Part shown: one piece after another, positions 62,035 to 64,000 of the stretch
Position numbering within the stretch: position 1 is the stretch's first letter
How the letters are laid out: every line of letters begins with the position of its first letter
Assembly: GCA_016720655.1 (NCBI GenBank)
Contig: JADKKE010000032.1
Coordinates: 182,383-246,382 of the forward strand
Reading direction: 5' to 3'
DNA: 64,000 nt
Source of the DNA: Bacteroidota bacterium
GTDB lineage: Bacteria > Bacteroidota > Bacteroidia > AKYH767-A > 2013-40CM-41-45
The notes under the pieces: generated by a model
What the model was told of the DNA's origin: nothing
The model's database searches: none
What the model saw: the letters and a program-made list of their open reading frames with translations, nothing else
Program-made: the position numbers and the translations under genes

Positions 62035-63265
62035 TTAATTAAAAATCGAAATTTTTGCTGTTGAGTGAAAATTATCAGCTTCAATTTCCAGTGCATAAAT
62101 TCCTTGTGGAAATTGCCATGTAGAAATAACCAATTCTTTTTCCTGAATTGATTCCGAATGGTAAATCGTTCTGCCTTGTAAATCGATTAAACGTATGAAG
62201 GTATGATTACCGGGTTGCTCCCTGAAAAGTATTGTGATCGTTTTTGAATCGGGGAGATAATTCCAGGATAAAACTGTAGTGTTGTTCTTCCTGCAGGCAA
62301 GTGTCTTGCTGTGAATTTACAGTGCCGTCAAAATCTGTTTGGGATAAGCGATAATACGTAATTCCATTCTCAGGAAATGGATCTGAATAAGAATATTCCC
62401 TCAGTGAAGAACTGTTTCCGGCACCTTCCACCTGAGCGATTTTCTGAAAATCATTTTCATCCTTTCCGCGTTCAAGCGTAAAGTAATCGTTATTTATTTC
62501 TGTTTCAGTGACCCAACGCAATATTGTTTCGTTTTCGTGTACATCTGCTGTGAACGATAATAATTCAACCAACCAAACTATTCCTGGAGTAATTGAAACA
62601 TCATCGATGTAATAATAGGATCCGGTTGTTCCGCTGCCAAGAAGACTGATACTTGTAGCCGCATTGGTTCTGAAATTTCCAATCGTGATGTATTGGTCTG
62701 CTGATGTAGGAGTATACAAAAAGCTAAGTTTTTGCCATGTTGTCGAAAATAAAATAGCGGAAGATTCCAGTTGTGGAACATAAGAAATGGGTGTGCCTCC
62801 ACTTTGTGTCAAAGGCACAGCTGAAAAAGCTATTCCGAAATTATTGCAACCGTAACCATGGATAGTACTTACTCCATTTGTATACCACAATGAAACTGTG
62901 TACACCTGACCGATTGTGAGCGGAGTACTTAATTGTCGGGCGATATATTCTCTGTAATTTCCGGAATACCAGGCTGCAAATCCTTCCATTCCTGCTCCAC
63001 TATGCGGCGTAACTGTTGCCCACCAGGTTGTCGGAGGTTTACATCCACCGGTTCCACCGGTATTGTAATAATCAGGACTGCCTGTACCTACAATCAAAGC
63101 ACATGCTCCGCTTGGACTGGACCAACCGTTTGCATAACAAACCTGAGCGTAATTATTTGGAAGTGTAGTATATGTATCGAAATCTCCGTTGGTACATAAA
63201 TTCTGTCCAACCAGCGTTCCGGAAATTAGCAACAGAATAATCAGTTGCCCCGCAATAAATTTCAT
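62035..63265 (-). pseudogene. T9SS-secreted hypothetical protein (signal peptide plus T9SS C-terminal sorting domain), frameshifted near 62281-62292
   Basis: ORF 62207-63265 ends ...NDHNTFQGATR. The +1 frame continues ...NNTTVLSWNYLPDSKTITILFREQPGNHTFIRLIDLQGRTIYHSE...QGIYALEIEADNFHSTAKISIFN, a Por_Secre_tail, to the stop at 62035. Confidence 0.55.
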
Positions 63266-63344
63266 GGCCCCGTAATGAACCTCTAATATAACCTTTGATC
63301 TTGTAAATATTCTGAAGAATGGCTCTTTTCGGGAAAAGAAAAAT

Positions 63345-64000
63345 TTATTCCTCTTCGTCTTCTACTTTGGAAGAACCACTTCCGGCAACAACGATCACAA
63401 TTTCGCCTTTGATAGTTTTTGCTGAAAAATGCGTAAAACATTCCCGAAGTGTGCCGTGAAAATTTTCTTCGTGGAATTTACTCAGCTCACGCGAAACACT
63501 GGCAGGACGGGAAGGATCGAAATATTCACAAAACTGATCCAGAGTTTTTACCAATCGGAAAGGGGATTCGTAAAAAATCATAGTCCTTTCTTCTTCTTTC
63601 AATTTCGTTAATCGGGTATGTCGGCCTTTTTTTTGTGGTAAAAATCCCTCGAAGCAAAAACGATCGCAAGGAAGCCCGGAATTGACCAGCGCAGGAATCA
63701 AGGCCGTAGGCCCTGGCAATGTTTCGATGGGCACATTTTGTTTCACACATTCACGCACAATTAAAAAACCGGGATCCGAAATTCCCGGCGTGCCGGCATC
63801 CGTAATCAATGCGATTTTTTCTCCCGCTGCAATACGGGATACAATGTCTTCGACTACTTTATGTTCGTTGTGCGCATGATAGGATTGCATGCGTTTTTCT
63901 ATTCCCAGATGTTTCAGCAGAAATCCACTGGTGCGGGTATCTTCTGCAAGAATCAGATCCACCTCCTTGAGTATCCGGATCGCACGCAATGTGATATCTT
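63345..64000 (-). CDS. rsmI: 16S rRNA (cytidine1402-2'-O)-methyltransferase RsmI (5' partial; N-terminus lies beyond the window end)
   Basis: …DITLRAIRILKEVDLILAEDTRTSG, ITDAGTPGISDPG and FEGFLP motifs. The reading frame is open to base 64000. Confidence 0.85.
   Translation of the reverse strand, partial: DITLRAIRILKEVDLILAEDTRTSGFLLKHLGIEKRMQSYHAHNEHKVVEDIVSRIAAGEKIALITDAGTPGISDPGFLIVRECVKQNVPIETLPGPTALIPALVNSGLPCDRFCFEGFLPQKKGRHTRLTKLKEEERTMIFYESPFRLVKTLDQFCEYFDPSRPASVSRELSKFHEENFHGTLRECFTHFSAKTIKGEIVIVVAGSGSSKVEDEEE

Noticed and set aside
1-64000. Mobile elements, integrases, transposases, phage genes or defence islands
   Set aside because: No ORF shows DDE/tyrosine-recombinase motifs, terminal inverted repeats of IS type, or phage structural signatures. 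The repeats found are simple tandem words, not IS ends.

Overview
This 64-kb window appears to be a chromosomal segment from a Bacteroidota bacterium. The evidence is about 40% GC, T9SS C-terminal sorting domains, SprB repeats, the Bacteroidetes-type promoter motif TAnnTTTG, and an ECF-sigma/FecR/TonB-receptor gene arrangement. There are no rRNA or tRNA genes, CRISPR arrays, transposases or integrases.

Main content:
- A nearly complete urate/purine catabolic cluster on the minus strand: xdhA, xdhB, a PuuD-like cytochrome-c urate hydroxylase, allantoinase, allantoicase, OHCU decarboxylase and HIU hydrolase. Its xdhC accessory gene sits 8 kb away at the window start.
- A Dlt-like envelope-modification cassette between them: an adenylating enzyme, a carrier protein, an MBOAT acyltransferase and a DltD-like SGNH protein. 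A YdjC-family deacetylase, a CitE/HpcH-like TIM-barrel enzyme and an erythromycin-esterase-like gene follow on the same strand.
- An ECF sigma / FecR anti-sigma pair followed by an unusual STN-domain outer-membrane protein carrying about 20-aa AGLxN repeats instead of a TonB barrel, then a DUF2807 lipoprotein and a TonB-dependent receptor.
- A roughly 7.9-kb T9SS-secreted adhesin-like gene containing about 18 near-identical 156-bp tandem repeats. The repeat array is broken into several ORF fragments.
- Redox enzymes: a di-heme cytochrome c peroxidase fused in frame to an upstream T9SS-tail module, a SorAB-like sulfite dehydrogenase, and an Fe/Mn superoxide dismutase.
- A SiaA/SiaB/SiaC-like partner-switch module: a PP2C phosphatase, a SiaB-like kinase and a DUF1987 protein.
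- A 1016-aa multidomain ABC ATPase-permease fusion, and housekeeping genes: dCMP deaminase, an S41 protease, a PAP2 phosphatase, a GT2 glycosyltransferase, an AsmA-family protein, a histidine kinase, hemW and rsmI.

Two recurring oddities stand out:
- At least six genes carry frameshifts, and four of these are 1-nt indels in A/T homopolymers of at least six bases.
- Intergenic spacers are filled with a family of short, word-like tandem repeats, including AATAACY, ATAACTC and ATAATTC heptamers, gtattaggtat/gtaccaggt motifs, and a 176-bp unit repeated three times.
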